33,358 nt of DNA, from positions 1 to 33,358 of the IMG/VR virus record IMGVR_UViG_3300023197_000048, one strand, 5' to 3'. This stretch comes from a virus (taxonomy: Duplodnaviria > Caudoviricetes). Positions 1-10,500 of the stretch are shown here, piece by piece. The notes below the pieces were generated by a model. That model was given only the letters and a program-made list of their open reading frames with translations. It searched no databases and had not been told where the DNA came from. The translations under genes and the position numbers were made by a program. Position 1 is the stretch's first letter. Every line of letters begins with the position of its first letter.

Positions 1-341
1 AGAAAAGCCAGGGTGAGGGTCTGAGTTTCCGTGGAGCCATAGAGAAACACAGAGGCAGCCAGTCTGAGGAGGGTGAGGCATAATGACTGGTGCCACACTG
101 GTCTCTAAGAGTGATACTGTAAATGAGAGTAGGGTCTATAAGGGCAGTTTCCGTGATTTGCCTGATGAGACCATTTACTCTGACCTATTCGGTCTGGCTA
201 CAGGTACGCCTTTCGACGAAAGGGCAGTACTGGAGAAAGAGCTACAGCCTATCTATGAAGCCATACAGGAAAGGACAGAGGATGGTGAGACTTTCCGTGA
301 GGCATCTACAGAGGTAGGTAAGGCATATCTCGGTACCAGTG
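1..341 (+). repeat. Terminal direct repeat, left copy
   Basis: Aligns without gaps to 33018..33358; I counted 14 substitutions. Confidence 0.97.
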
Positions 342-1234
342 ACATCAGCCTGCCTATCTTTCCCCGTGAGGAGTTTATCAACCTGGCTGTAAGACGGACC
401 CCTTTCGTGGAGGCTATGCCTCAGATAACCACAGAGACCAAAACTGTGGAGCAGGACAGTGTGACAGACACAGGGCAGCCTGAGATAGGTGGAGAGGTAG
501 GTATACCCAGTGATGCTGCTGAGGAGACCATAGAGACTCAGCAGTTAGAGGTATCATACTGGAGGGTTAAGGGGTCTGTCAGTGGTCCTGTGGGGTTAGC
601 TGCTCAGACTCTACGAAACAGTTTCTCAGTGGACCAGGATTACAAGACCATAGCCATGAAAAACTTCACGGAAAACCTGGCTCTAAACGGTGACCCCACC
701 ACCAATACCACTGATGGGTCTGTCACCGATGAGAGAGGGTTTACTGGTCTGAGGTTTAGACTGGATGGTACCAGTAATGATGTTACCCCCCAGGCAGGCA
801 CAGGCACCAGCATCATACCTGAGGAGATCCGCAGGCTCCAGAGACTGGCTGGTGAGGATGGTGGAGACATGGGTAGCCTCATGGGTATCACAGACCTGAA
901 AACCCTCACGGACCTGAAAAACCAGGCTGATGACCATGACCCACTGGAGATAAGGACAGTAGATGGAGAGAGGACCATAGACCTGGGTGCCAGAGGCATC
1001 AGGCTGGATGGTATGCCTATAGTGGTCAGTGACTTCATGCCTAACTCTGATAACAGTAGAGAGTTTATAGTCACCGACATGAGGTTTAGCAGGATGCACA
1101 ACCTCTCTGACCTGGTAATGGAAAGCCTCGGTAAGACCAGAGACTCGGACGATTACTTCATGAAACAGTATGGGGTCTACGAATTAGCTGCTGGTGCTGA
1201 GGATTACAGTGCCAGACTGAGCAGCCTGGCATAA
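83..1234 (+). CDS. Major capsid protein (HK97 fold)
   Basis: 383 aa; follows the scaffold gene with a TAATG overlap; ENLALNGD, GFTGL and LDGMPIVVSDFMP motifs are typical of HK97-fold MCPs. Confidence 0.9.
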   Translation: MTGATLVSKSDTVNESRVYKGSFRDLPDETIYSDLFGLATGTPFDERAVLEKELQPIYEAIQERTEDGETFREASTEVGKAYLGTSDISLPIFPREEFINLAVRRTPFVEAMPQITTETKTVEQDSVTDTGQPEIGGEVGIPSDAAEETIETQQLEVSYWRVKGSVSGPVGLAAQTLRNSFSVDQDYKTIAMKNFTENLALNGDPTTNTTDGSVTDERGFTGLRFRLDGTSNDVTPQAGTGTSIIPEEIRRLQRLAGEDGGDMGSLMGITDLKTLTDLKNQADDHDPLEIRTVDGERTIDLGARGIRLDGMPIVVSDFMPNSDNSREFIVTDMRFSRMHNLSDLVMESLGKTRDSDDYFMKQYGVYELAAGAEDYSARLSSLA

Positions 1235-1248
1235 CCGAGGTGTAACAG

Positions 1249-1536
1249 ATGACCGAAGATTACAGAGGCAGAGGTGCCTCACAGATAGAGGGTAGACAGG
1301 AGAGTGGTACAGCCACCATAGATGACCCCAGCAGCAGCCAGACTGTCACGGTCACCTTTGAGGAGCCATTTGCAGACACACCTGATGTGGTGGGTCTGGC
1401 AGCATCAGACAGTAATGCTGTAAATTACAGTAATGTCTCTAAGGACAGTTTCGACATTACTACAGCAGGCACAGGAGGCTCAACAGTAGATGTGGGGTGG
1501 ATAGTGACAGGACCTGGTAGACCAGGAGAGACCTGA
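1249..1536 (+). CDS. Small beta-rich virion protein (head decoration/fibre, H-lectin-like)
   Basis: SGTATI..VTVTFEEPFADTPDVV..SFDI..VGWIV pattern; directly after the MCP; SD GAGGTG. Confidence 0.55.
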   Translation: MTEDYRGRGASQIEGRQESGTATIDDPSSSQTVTVTFEEPFADTPDVVGLAASDSNAVNYSNVSKDSFDITTAGTGGSTVDVGWIVTGPGRPGET

Positions 1537-1554
1537 GGTGATGAGGTGGTCACC

Positions 1555-1989
1555 ATGGGTGATATAGCTGGGTTTTTGCCTCCTGAGGAGCCTCACAGGA
1601 TACCTTATGAGTATCTGGAGGACCAGGGTGCCCATAGCACCAGGCAGATGGTAGTACCAGGTCCTGAGGCAGTCATCCTAACAGGTAGGTCTGATGCTAA
1701 GAGGATACTGGGGGATGTGCTGGGTCTGGAGAGACTGCCCACAGAGGTAGCTGAGGAGGCTCTGGAGGAGTACCAGGCAGAGGATGGTGATGTGGAGGGT
1801 GTGATAGAGCAGTGGCTACAGGACCGTGAGGAGGAGCCAGAGGATGCTGCTGAGGGTCAGGCTATACCTGAGGACCTGGAGGCTCTGGAGTACAGTGAGC
1901 TACAGGACCTGGCTCAGGAGCATGACATAGCAGCTAACCAGAGCACCGAGGATCTGGTAGAGGCACTGGAGGGTGAGACAGGTGGCTGA
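1555..1989 (+). CDS. Head-associated protein with a C-terminal Rho_N/HeH-LEM-like domain
   Basis: C-terminal LEYSELQDLAQEHDIAANQSTEDLVEAL; the ATG at 1555 follows an SD GAGGTGG. Confidence 0.6.
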   Translation: MGDIAGFLPPEEPHRIPYEYLEDQGAHSTRQMVVPGPEAVILTGRSDAKRILGDVLGLERLPTEVAEEALEEYQAEDGDVEGVIEQWLQDREEEPEDAAEGQAIPEDLEALEYSELQDLAQEHDIAANQSTEDLVEALEGETGG

Positions 1990-2067
1990 GGTAGAGGAGA
2001 CTCTGACCATAGCCTCAGGAGGTACCCAGACCAGCACCTTAGCAGACTGCCAGGGCGATAGGCAGGC

Positions 2068-2772
2068 ATGACAGAGCCATACAGTAGTAAAAAGAGGGTA
2101 AAACAGCAGACTCAGGTGGAGGGTGATAACCTAAACCTGACCAGCAGTGAGTTTGATGACCTGATTACCACCCTCCTCAAGCAGAGTAGAGACAAGATAG
2201 ATAGTTACTGCAGGAGAGATTTTAACCTCCACACCGAGGAGACCATACTGCTGGATGGAGGAGACCAGCAGAGCATAAACCTACCCTCACCTGTCCACAC
2301 AGTCAGCGAGGTAAAAGAGGATGGTAACCTGGTAGACTCAAGTGATTATGAGTGGACGCCATACGGTACCCTCACCAAAACAGCAGAGGAGAGTGTTAGC
2401 AGGCAGTACCACTATAGTGCCACAGACCCAGTGGGCACCAGTCTCACAAAAAAAGCCTGGTCAGAGGGTACAAACAACATAGAGGTAACACTGACTTATG
2501 GATACTATCAGGCTCCAGAGGACCCAGCAGACACATATCCAGATGAGAGGTGGATAATCCCAGAGGATGTGCTGGGTGCTGAGGTAAAGATGGTGGATGA
2601 TGCTCTGCAGGGTCTCCTCTCCAGGAGAGAAAACACCACCCTCCAGATAGATGACTTTACAGTGGAGACTAACCTGCCTCAGGTGACTCTCACACAGGAC
2701 CAGAGAGATATGCTAGAGGAGCACCGAGTTAAGGGTCTGGGTAACATGCCCTGGAGCCAGAGGAGGCAGTAA
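2068..2772 (+). CDS. Head-tail adaptor (gp6/gp15-like)
   Basis: IDSYCRRDF, LPSPV..VSEV, NIEVTLTYGY and IPEDV motifs; position after the head genes. Confidence 0.75.
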   Translation: MTEPYSSKKRVKQQTQVEGDNLNLTSSEFDDLITTLLKQSRDKIDSYCRRDFNLHTEETILLDGGDQQSINLPSPVHTVSEVKEDGNLVDSSDYEWTPYGTLTKTAEESVSRQYHYSATDPVGTSLTKKAWSEGTNNIEVTLTYGYYQAPEDPADTYPDERWIIPEDVLGAEVKMVDDALQGLLSRRENTTLQIDDFTVETNLPQVTLTQDQRDMLEEHRVKGLGNMPWSQRRQ

Positions 2773-2900
2773 TGGCTGAGTCTCATTACGGTGAGACCTG
2801 TGAGGGGTGTGGTGGACCCCTGAGGGGTCAGATAGTTAAGTATGGTAGTGAGAAATACCACCCTGGGTGTGTACCCAGAGAAAGTAGCCAGGAGGAGTAG
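2772..2900 (+). CDS. 42-aa LIM-type zinc-finger microprotein (not in the ORF track)
   Basis: MAESHYGETCEGCGGPLRGQIVKYGSEKYHPGCVPRESSQEE; CxxC-x16-HxxC; TAATG overlap, SD GGAGG, and it fills the gap exactly. Confidence 0.8.
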   Translation: MAESHYGETCEGCGGPLRGQIVKYGSEKYHPGCVPRESSQEE

Positions 2901-2905
2901 AGTCT

Positions 2906-3394
2906 ATGAGCCTCAGCATAGAGCTAAATTTTGAGGATCCTACAGAGTTTGAGGAGGAGGTAGGTGAGGTAGTGGATAACTGGAGCAGTCACCGTGAGGC
3001 TATGATGGTGGCTGCTGGTGAGAAAATAGTGGGTAATCTAAAAAGTGAGGCACCAACAAACACAGGCAGGTTAGGTGATACCATCAGGCAGGTGGGATCT
3101 GGTACAGAGAGGAGGATTTTAGCAGGTGGTAAACAGGGTGTGGATTATACCCTGCCACTCATAGAGGGTAGTAGACCACACCCACCTGGCTCCTCTGACC
3201 CCTCTCAAAATAGAGCACTAAGCAGGTGGGCACGTAGGAATAACTACCCTGGTGGGTTTGAGAGTATATACTGGAGCATTTTCTGGTATGGTACAGAACC
3301 TAACGATTTTGTCACACCTGCCTTATCTGATGCTGAGGAGGGGGTACAGGGTGTGATGACACAGGTTTTACGTAACCGAGGGGTGTTAGACTAA
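2906..3394 (+). CDS. HK97 gp10-like neck/tail-completion protein
   Basis: EAPTNTGRLGDTI, IEGSRPHPP and GTEPNDFVTPAL motifs. Confidence 0.75.
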   Translation: MSLSIELNFEDPTEFEEEVGEVVDNWSSHREAMMVAAGEKIVGNLKSEAPTNTGRLGDTIRQVGSGTERRILAGGKQGVDYTLPLIEGSRPHPPGSSDPSQNRALSRWARRNNYPGGFESIYWSIFWYGTEPNDFVTPALSDAEEGVQGVMTQVLRNRGVLD

Positions 3395-3397
3395 CCC

Positions 3398-3892
3398 ATG
3401 ACTGTAGCTGTAGACTGGAGCCAGTGGCACCTAGAGACACTAAACGCACTGGAGGATGCTGTAATTAACTCCTCGGTCTCCTGGGGAACTAAGCCAGGTG
3501 GTGAGGCATGGGTGGTGGTGGGTGACAGTACACCCTCTGGCATCACCTACCCAGCAGCCTTCATACCAGAGTTTACCAGTGACAGAGACCCTGGTGAGTC
3601 AGATAAGGGCACTGAGCTAAGAGAGATTAGTGCCACAGTCTGGGTGATAGTAGAGAATGATGTAAAGCAGCAGGAGGCTAACCTGAGAGATGCTGTAGAG
3701 ACAGGTGGAGAGGTGTTAAACGGTCTCTATGATGACAGGACCCTCTCAGACACATGTGATAACCTGGATGGTGACAGTATGGAGGCAGGTGCTGCTGTAG
3801 TAGATGGGGAAAATGTGGCAGTAGTGGATCTGAGCCTAACCATCACTAAACAGGCTACTATATATGAGCAGAATCTGAGAGATACCGCATAG
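3398..3892 (+). CDS. Putative tail terminator
   Basis: Lies between the neck and tail tube genes; 164 aa; YPAAF motif. Confidence 0.55.
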   Translation: MTVAVDWSQWHLETLNALEDAVINSSVSWGTKPGGEAWVVVGDSTPSGITYPAAFIPEFTSDRDPGESDKGTELREISATVWVIVENDVKQQEANLRDAVETGGEVLNGLYDDRTLSDTCDNLDGDSMEAGAAVVDGENVAVVDLSLTITKQATIYEQNLRDTA

Positions 3893-3902
3893 CAACCTAA
3901 CT

Positions 3903-3910
3903 ATTATAAC
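3903..3910 (+). promoter_or_regulatory. Putative TATA box for the tail tube operon
   Basis: ATTATAAC in the intergenic gap upstream of SD GAGGT and ATG 3946. Confidence 0.45.
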
Positions 3911-3945
3911 CTCAGCACCGTTATAGCCAGTCAGAGGTAACAGAG

Positions 3946-4476
3946 ATGCCACCTTTAGAGCAAAAAATAGTGGGTGACATAATCACAGTAGAGCATGGCA
4001 CCTACTCCAGCACAGACTCATCATGGACATGGACGCAGGTGGGTAAGACCAAAGGAGCCATAGATGTAGACCCAGGCACCGAGGTAGCAGAGTCGGAGAT
4101 ACATGATACAGATCACATGGATAAGGTACCCACAGGGGTAGCATGGGTGTTTAGTGGTGAGCACCTTTTACTGGCTACCCTCGGTGGTCTGGAAACTTTG
4201 GGTTTATACGACAGTACAGCAGGCACCCTACAGGGGTATGCTGATTACGGCAGGGTAGATGAGGCTAACCCAGCAGATGGAGATGAGGCAGTCAGAGTGA
4301 CTGCTTACGACAGTCAGACAGACTTAGAAAATGATGACCCACTACTGAGTTATGAGCTTTATAACGTGGTAATCATCTACTCCAGCCAGAGCATCAGTAA
4401 GTCTGACTTTTCTGCTGGAGAGTTTGAGATCCACGTAAGAGATGACCCAGTGGTGGCAGCACCCTCTGGCTCCTGA
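3946..4476 (+). CDS. Major tail tube protein
   Basis: WTQVGKTKGAIDV motif; beta-rich; precedes the chaperone and tape measure genes. Confidence 0.7.
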   Translation: MPPLEQKIVGDIITVEHGTYSSTDSSWTWTQVGKTKGAIDVDPGTEVAESEIHDTDHMDKVPTGVAWVFSGEHLLLATLGGLETLGLYDSTAGTLQGYADYGRVDEANPADGDEAVRVTAYDSQTDLENDDPLLSYELYNVVIIYSSQSISKSDFSAGEFEIHVRDDPVVAAPSGS

Positions 4477-4488
4477 GGCACTAACTAA

Positions 4489-5082
4489 ATGAGCACCACA
4501 GATACCACCGAGGATGAGGAGAGGATAGAGCAGGCTAAAAAGACTGAGCAGGCATGGAAAGACCTAACCGAGGAGGAGAGGCTGGAGATACTGGAGGATG
4601 CTGAGGAGGAGGTAAAGGTACCTGGCACAGCAGGCTCAGAGTCAGTCAGTGACCAGGAGGCTCTGGATGCTGTAGACCTGATAAACCAGAAAATGGAGCA
4701 GGCAGGCTGGTCCTGTACTGTCCTGGATGAAATAGAGATAGACATGAGGATACCATCAGAGGAGGATCTGGATACCCTCAGTGAGGTGGGCACACTATTC
4801 AACAAGATAAACCAGGAGGATGAGGTGGATGATGTGCCTGAGGAGGTGATAGATGAGGCTGAGGAGATGGACAAGAAAATAAATATCCTCCTCGGTGGAG
4901 ACCCAGATGATCCAGAGGATGACGGTCTTGTGGCAGAGGACCGTATGGGTTACGCATATTTTGAGGATGGTAGTAACTACCCAGCAGAGATGAGGACACA
5001 GTTAGTCTATGCTCTAATCACCAGGTATCAGGACAGGGTGAGTCATATCATGTCCTTTCGCTCAGAGTCAGGAGGGTCATAA
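4489..5082 (+). CDS. Tail assembly chaperone (gpG-like)
   Basis: Between the tail tube and TMP genes; ends just after the slippery TCC TTT CGC. Confidence 0.75.
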   Translation: MSTTDTTEDEERIEQAKKTEQAWKDLTEEERLEILEDAEEEVKVPGTAGSESVSDQEALDAVDLINQKMEQAGWSCTVLDEIEIDMRIPSEEDLDTLSEVGTLFNKINQEDEVDDVPEEVIDEAEEMDKKINILLGGDPDDPEDDGLVAEDRMGYAYFEDGSNYPAEMRTQLVYALITRYQDRVSHIMSFRSESGGS

Positions 5083-5275
5083 CTGGGTCAGACTGCTCAG
5101 GTACTGGAACCTCACCCCAGGAGAATGGTATGACCTGGGGCACTTTGAGAGGAGATTTATGGTGGAGCACTGGATGAGCCTGCAGAAAGACCAGAGACAG
5201 TCTAATAACCCTGGGGCATTTAATCAGGGTATGGATGAGGGTGACATACCAGCATCACTCAGGAGGCACATCTAA
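4489..5275 (+). CDS. Frameshifted tail chaperone (gpGT-like, about 261 aa) via a +1 shift at 5053..5061
   Basis: The +1 frame is open from TTC 5057 to TAA 5273-5275, which abuts the TMP ATG at 5276; the extension reads AQSQEGHNWVRLLRYWNLTPGEWYDL... Confidence 0.8.
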
Positions 5276-7090
5276 ATGGCATCTGGTGAGGTACTGGCTG
5301 AGTTAGTCTTAGAGGGTGCTGATAGTTTTCAGGGTGAGATGAAGGATACCGAGGAGCAGATAGAGAAAACTGGTGAGGGTGCCAGTAATGCCTCTGAGGG
5401 GTTTGATGAGGCAGAGCAGGGACTTTTAGATATAGATGAGGCAGGTGCTGCTGCTGGTGCTGCTATGGCTGGTGTGGGTGCTGGTATGCAGACTGCTCTG
5501 GATAACAGCAGAGATACCAGAGCCACCTTAAACCGTACAGCAGTCACCCTGGGCACTACCAAAGAGGAGACAAATGCTTTAGCCAGAGAGTTATCCAGTG
5601 CTACAGCACCCATCTCTGAGGTGAGCACTACCATGGATCTACTGGCTCAGCAGGGTATAGAGAGTGAGGATAAGATGAGGAACCTCACAAATACCATCAA
5701 CCAAGTCAGTAGTGCCACAGGTCTGGCTGCTGATGAGCTAACCCGTAACATGGGTGCTGCTCTAAGAGCCATGGGTGGGGATATGTCTGATGCCTCAGAA
5801 AAGGCTGATACCTTTACTTTTGTCGCAAATAGGACCAGCCTGAGCATGGATAGGTTTGCAGATGCTCTACGTGAGTCTGGTCCTGAGCTACAGGAGATGG
5901 GTCTGAGCATAGAGGATAGTGCTGCTTTACTGGCAGCCATGCAGGAGGAGGGTATACAGGGTGAGGAGGCTATGACCAGGCTCAGACAGGCTATAGATGA
6001 CGGTGCTGAGAGCCAGGAAGAGTTAGCTGATAAACTCGGTGTGTCCACCAGCACTATAGAAAACCAAAGGTCTGAGTTAGAGGCATCAGAGGATGTGACC
6101 CAGCAGTATGCCAGTGCAAATGATTCTGCATCAAGTACCATGGACAGGCTCAGGTCAGGATTTAATGATACCATGGTCATGGCTGGTAACATGCTCCAGC
6201 CTATAAATGCCCTGGCTCCTGCACTGATAGGTCTGGGTGCTGCTCAGAGCCTGGTAGCCTCTATTAACTTTGGGGCAGTGGTCCCATCATTCACTGCTGT
6301 AGCTGCTGCTGCTGCTCCTGTGGTGGTGCCCCTCTTAGCTATAGTGGCAGCAGCCACTGCCCTGGCTCTGGCATGGGAAAATAACTGGCTGGGCATCAGA
6401 GATAAAACAAATGCTGCTATAGACTTTGTGGCGCAAAAACTGGGGTGGGGAAAGCAGCAGGTTAAAAATATAATCGGTGGCATACTGGGATTTTTCGGTG
6501 ACCTTAGAGATAAGCCAGTAGAGACTGCCAAAGAGGGTTTTAATGCAGTAACCACCTTCATAACTACCTGGTCACCTGGTGCTATAGTAGCCAGGAAAGC
6601 AGCAGAGATGCTGGAGGGTCTGGATATTACAGATGATGCTAAGCAGGCAGGCAAAGACCTTATTTTTGCTTTTGTAAACGGAATTAAGGCAGTGGGTAAC
6701 CTGCCAGAGCAAGCAGCAGAGGAGGTAGTGGAGAGAGTCAGAAAAAAGCTACCCAGCAGTGATGCTGAGGAGGGTCCACTGTCTGACCTATCAGAGTCTG
6801 GTAGGTCTTTGCCCCAGGTCCTGGCTCAGGGTATGACTGAGGGTGAGGGTGAGGTGAGTAGAGCAGCCTCCAGACTGGCTGGTGCTGCTAACCCAGCCAC
6901 TGCCCAGGCAGCTACTGCCCCAGGAGGCTCTGGAGGCTCTACAGGGACCACCGAGGAGGTTAGAGAGGTGAGGCTAATGACAGATGACCAGACCTTAGAG
7001 GAGGTATTTATGCCCATAGCAGAGGTAGTGGTGGAGAGAAAAGACAAATCCAGGCTACAGGAGCACCGTAGAGATGGAGAGAGGAGATAG
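5276..7090 (+). CDS. Tape measure protein
   Basis: 604 aa, Ala/Gly-rich helical; hydrophobic stretch followed by LAWENNWLGIRD; LPSSDAEEGPLSDL motif. Confidence 0.93.
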   Translation: MASGEVLAELVLEGADSFQGEMKDTEEQIEKTGEGASNASEGFDEAEQGLLDIDEAGAAAGAAMAGVGAGMQTALDNSRDTRATLNRTAVTLGTTKEETNALARELSSATAPISEVSTTMDLLAQQGIESEDKMRNLTNTINQVSSATGLAADELTRNMGAALRAMGGDMSDASEKADTFTFVANRTSLSMDRFADALRESGPELQEMGLSIEDSAALLAAMQEEGIQGEEAMTRLRQAIDDGAESQEELADKLGVSTSTIENQRSELEASEDVTQQYASANDSASSTMDRLRSGFNDTMVMAGNMLQPINALAPALIGLGAAQSLVASINFGAVVPSFTAVAAAAAPVVVPLLAIVAAATALALAWENNWLGIRDKTNAAIDFVAQKLGWGKQQVKNIIGGILGFFGDLRDKPVETAKEGFNAVTTFITTWSPGAIVARKAAEMLEGLDITDDAKQAGKDLIFAFVNGIKAVGNLPEQAAEEVVERVRKKLPSSDAEEGPLSDLSESGRSLPQVLAQGMTEGEGEVSRAASRLAGAANPATAQAATAPGGSGGSTGTTEEVREVRLMTDDQTLEEVFMPIAEVVVERKDKSRLQEHRRDGERR

Positions 7091-7092
7091 AG

Positions 7093-7554
7093 ATGCCTGA
7101 AAACGCTAAGTGGCTGTTTGATGGAGGGATAAAAATAGATGGTATGCTGGAGGATACACCAGACTATATCAGGGGTAAAGAGATAACAGTCACATGGCTC
7201 TTTAGACCCTCCTCAGCCTCAAAGGGGTATATCAGGAGGTATAACGACGTAAAAGAGTGGATGGATGTAGCTGGTAAGGTGGCACTAAACAATACTAATG
7301 CCCATGAGCCTCGTTTTGAGTTCCAAACTACAGGAGATGAGAGGAGAGGGTCACCCCTGGTAAAGGTAGAGCCTCAGTATGGTGCTCAGGACCACACTCA
7401 GGCATTTTGGGGTCTCATCCTCGGTATGGAGGACCAGACTGTTAACCCCAGGCAGAGGTGCCTCCTCCAGATGGATCTGGTGATGGTGACCAGGCTCATA
7501 GACCACCCCCAACGTGAGCAGGTATTAAGTGAGTTTAGTCCATCTTTTGTCTAA
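7093..7554 (+). CDS. Putative distal tail protein
   Basis: Directly after the TMP; assigned by synteny only. Confidence 0.45.
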   Translation: MPENAKWLFDGGIKIDGMLEDTPDYIRGKEITVTWLFRPSSASKGYIRRYNDVKEWMDVAGKVALNNTNAHEPRFEFQTTGDERRGSPLVKVEPQYGAQDHTQAFWGLILGMEDQTVNPRQRCLLQMDLVMVTRLIDHPQREQVLSEFSPSFV

Positions 7555-7557
7555 CCC

Positions 7558-10500
7558 ATGGCTTATGAGATAGACCTGATAAATAAACAGAATAGGTCTG
7601 ATATAATCACCCTAGAGGTAGATGACTGGGGTAGTAAGGATATAACCCACACTCATACAGGGGTCTCTACCTGGCAGTTAGATGTGGCTCCTCACCAGCC
7701 AGGTCTGGATGACAGGATACTAAATGAGGTTAGGGTCTACTACATGGAGGATGGTACCAGACAGGAGCAGATACTATTCGGTGAGCTACTGGCTACCTCT
7801 CACAATATCACCGAGGGTAAGACCACCCTAGAGGGTGAGGGTGTGGCAGTCAGGCTGAAAAGGTCAGTCACTCAGGTAAAGTACCAAAACCAGCCAGTCT
7901 GGTGGGCACTGGATAGTTACGTAACAGACTTTCTGCCTAACTGGTCATGGACCGTGATACCACCAAACACCCAGACTGTAAAAGATGGTGCTACAGTGGT
8001 ATCAGAGACGGACATGGGTGAGTTAGTAAACCCCCCCGAGGAGCACCCTGTCCACATAGATGGGGGTAACCTGAGATTTTACCAGAGTGCATTCACCCAG
8101 GAGGCTGAGGCATTTGATAGTGCATCTGGAGCAGCAGCACCCTGGGGTGCCTCTGACTTTTCAAATGTAGATAATACGTTTTCCTCAGATTCTAACTCAT
8201 CTGGTGAGATAATAGCACTGGGTGGCACCGAAAACGCAGAGTGGACCTTTACGACAGAGTACAGGATACCTGCAGAGGCATTTGAGCTAAAGGTCAGGGA
8301 CAGGTTTAGAGAGGATGACAGTCTGAGTCTGGAGTTTGAGGGTAGGATAGAGTGGCAGATAGACATAGGTGACACAGGCACCTTTGAGACTATAGACGTG
8401 TTTGATACTGCTGGTGGTGACTCAGTATATAAAGACCTGTCATGGAGGACCAAAACCAGTGAGGGTGACCTGACCATACCTCAGGGCACCCACAGGCTCA
8501 GGGTAGAGGTGGTGAGAAACGACGAAAGTACCGCAAACACGTATTTAGTAGACCTGATATGCCCACATGATGCCAGGTTTAGTTATGATTTTGTAGAGGA
8601 GGAGTTAGATACCCTACAGGGACCACAGCACTACCCACAGGGGTGGAGGACCGAGGTGGCAGATGTAGATGAGGGTAGTAACATCACCCAGGCATCTGTC
8701 TCCTCGGTGTGGCTGGATGGTGCTACAGGAGCAGGACAGGCATGGCATGCCAGGAATAACCAGGGTCTGAGCTACCAGGAACGTGAGAATACTGCCTCAG
8801 CCACATGGGATTTTGGTGCTGATGACCTGGTGGGCAGCATCCTCCAGGTGGATGTAACCCTCTCCAGAAAAGGTAACAGACCAGACAAAACACCCAGCAC
8901 TGGGTTTGAGACCCAGGAATTACAGGAGGTGGATGTGACCCTTACCACAGATGACCTGGGCATCATAGAGGGTGCTAAAGAGTACTCAGGCACCGATTTT
9001 GAAAACCTCCAGACCCTCCACAGTGATGCTAACATGGTCTACTCAGTAGACCACACAGTACTCACCGAGGAGCCACAGGCTCAGAGCCACAGACCTGGTG
9101 ACAGGGTTAGGTCTAACAGTTTTGACTGGCTCAGCCTGAGCTATGGCAGAGACCTATACGATTATGCTAACAGAGCAGTGGGGTTTACCAGGAGAAAGTC
9201 AGGAGGTAGGGATAAGGTGGTCAGAGAGGATGAGAGTGAGCAGACTGCTAAGGGTGAGACTGTAGGCATAGCTGAGATATTTAGCAGAGTGGACCAGGAC
9301 CTGTCAGAGCTAAGGTTTGAAACACGTAACCTGCTCCAGCAGGCAGTAGATGGTGAGGTTTTCCATGCCTCAGGTGACATAGAGCCACAGTATATCAGAC
9401 CAGGCTTTACTCAGGATCTGGATGAGGTACCTGTGAGGGTCTTTTTAGAGGAGGTGGCTTATTCTTTCGGTCCTGGAGATGCCTCTGTCAGTCTGTCTAT
9501 GGGTAAGTTAGATGACTGGAATAAGACAGTAGTGGAGAGTAAGAATAGAGAGAGACAGACCAGGGCATCTATAGGCACTGAGGTAGCTGAGGATGAGGAG
9601 CCTGGAGATGATGAGCCAGAGGAGGAGGGTGATGTAGACATAACCATCACAGGTACTAACTCACCGATAGATGAGGGTAGCAGACTCAGTGTGGAGTTTG
9701 ATGCCACCAACAACCTCAGTGAGCCTCAGGAGGCTCAGCTAACACTGGAGATATTAGGACCTGGAGAGGGTGGTGTGGTGGAGACCCTGCAGATAGACTT
9801 TACTGCTGATGAGACTAAGAGCTTAGAGGCTGGGTGGCAGACAGAGCCAGGAGATGCTGGGAACTATACTGCCACAGTCTCCAGTGGCACCGACAGTGAC
9901 AGTAAACAGGTGACTGTAGAGGAGCCAGAGGCTGAGGGTGATGCCTCTGTCACCATCACAGGCACTAACTCACCTGTAACAGAGGGTGATGATGTGGTGG
10001 TCACATTTGATGCCACCAATAACCTCAGCACCAGCCAGGACATACAGTTTACCCTGGATGTGGATGTGGATACACAGGTACAGGATACTGTCACCCTATC
10101 GTTTAGTGATAGTGAGACTAAGACAGGCATAGAGCTAAGGTGGACCACCGAGGATGGAGATGCTGGAGACTATACTGCCACAGTAGAGAGTGGCACAGAC
10201 TCAGATACTGCTCAGGTGACTGTGGAGGAGCCAGACACTAACCCCACAGGAGATGTGGATATATCTAACCTCACCACTAACTCACCTGTGGAGGAGGAGG
10301 ATGTACTGGTGGCTACTTTTGATGCTACCAACAACCTCACCCAGCAGCAGGATGCTGAGATTACCCTGGATGTAGATATAGATGGGCAGACACAGGATAC
10401 CACAGGCACCCTCTCATTTACTGATGGTGAGACTAAGACAGACCTGACTCTACAGTGGCAGACTGAGGAGGGTGATGCTGGAGACTATACAGCAGAGGTA

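Noticed and set aside
123-317. Alternate-frame ORFs 123..317 and 33107..33334
   Set aside because: They lie out of frame within the capsid gene and their start codons differ between the two copies.
1-341. Diversity-generating retroelement TR/VR pair
   Set aside because: The mismatches are not restricted to adenines in one copy, there is no reverse transcriptase, and the copies are simply the contig ends.
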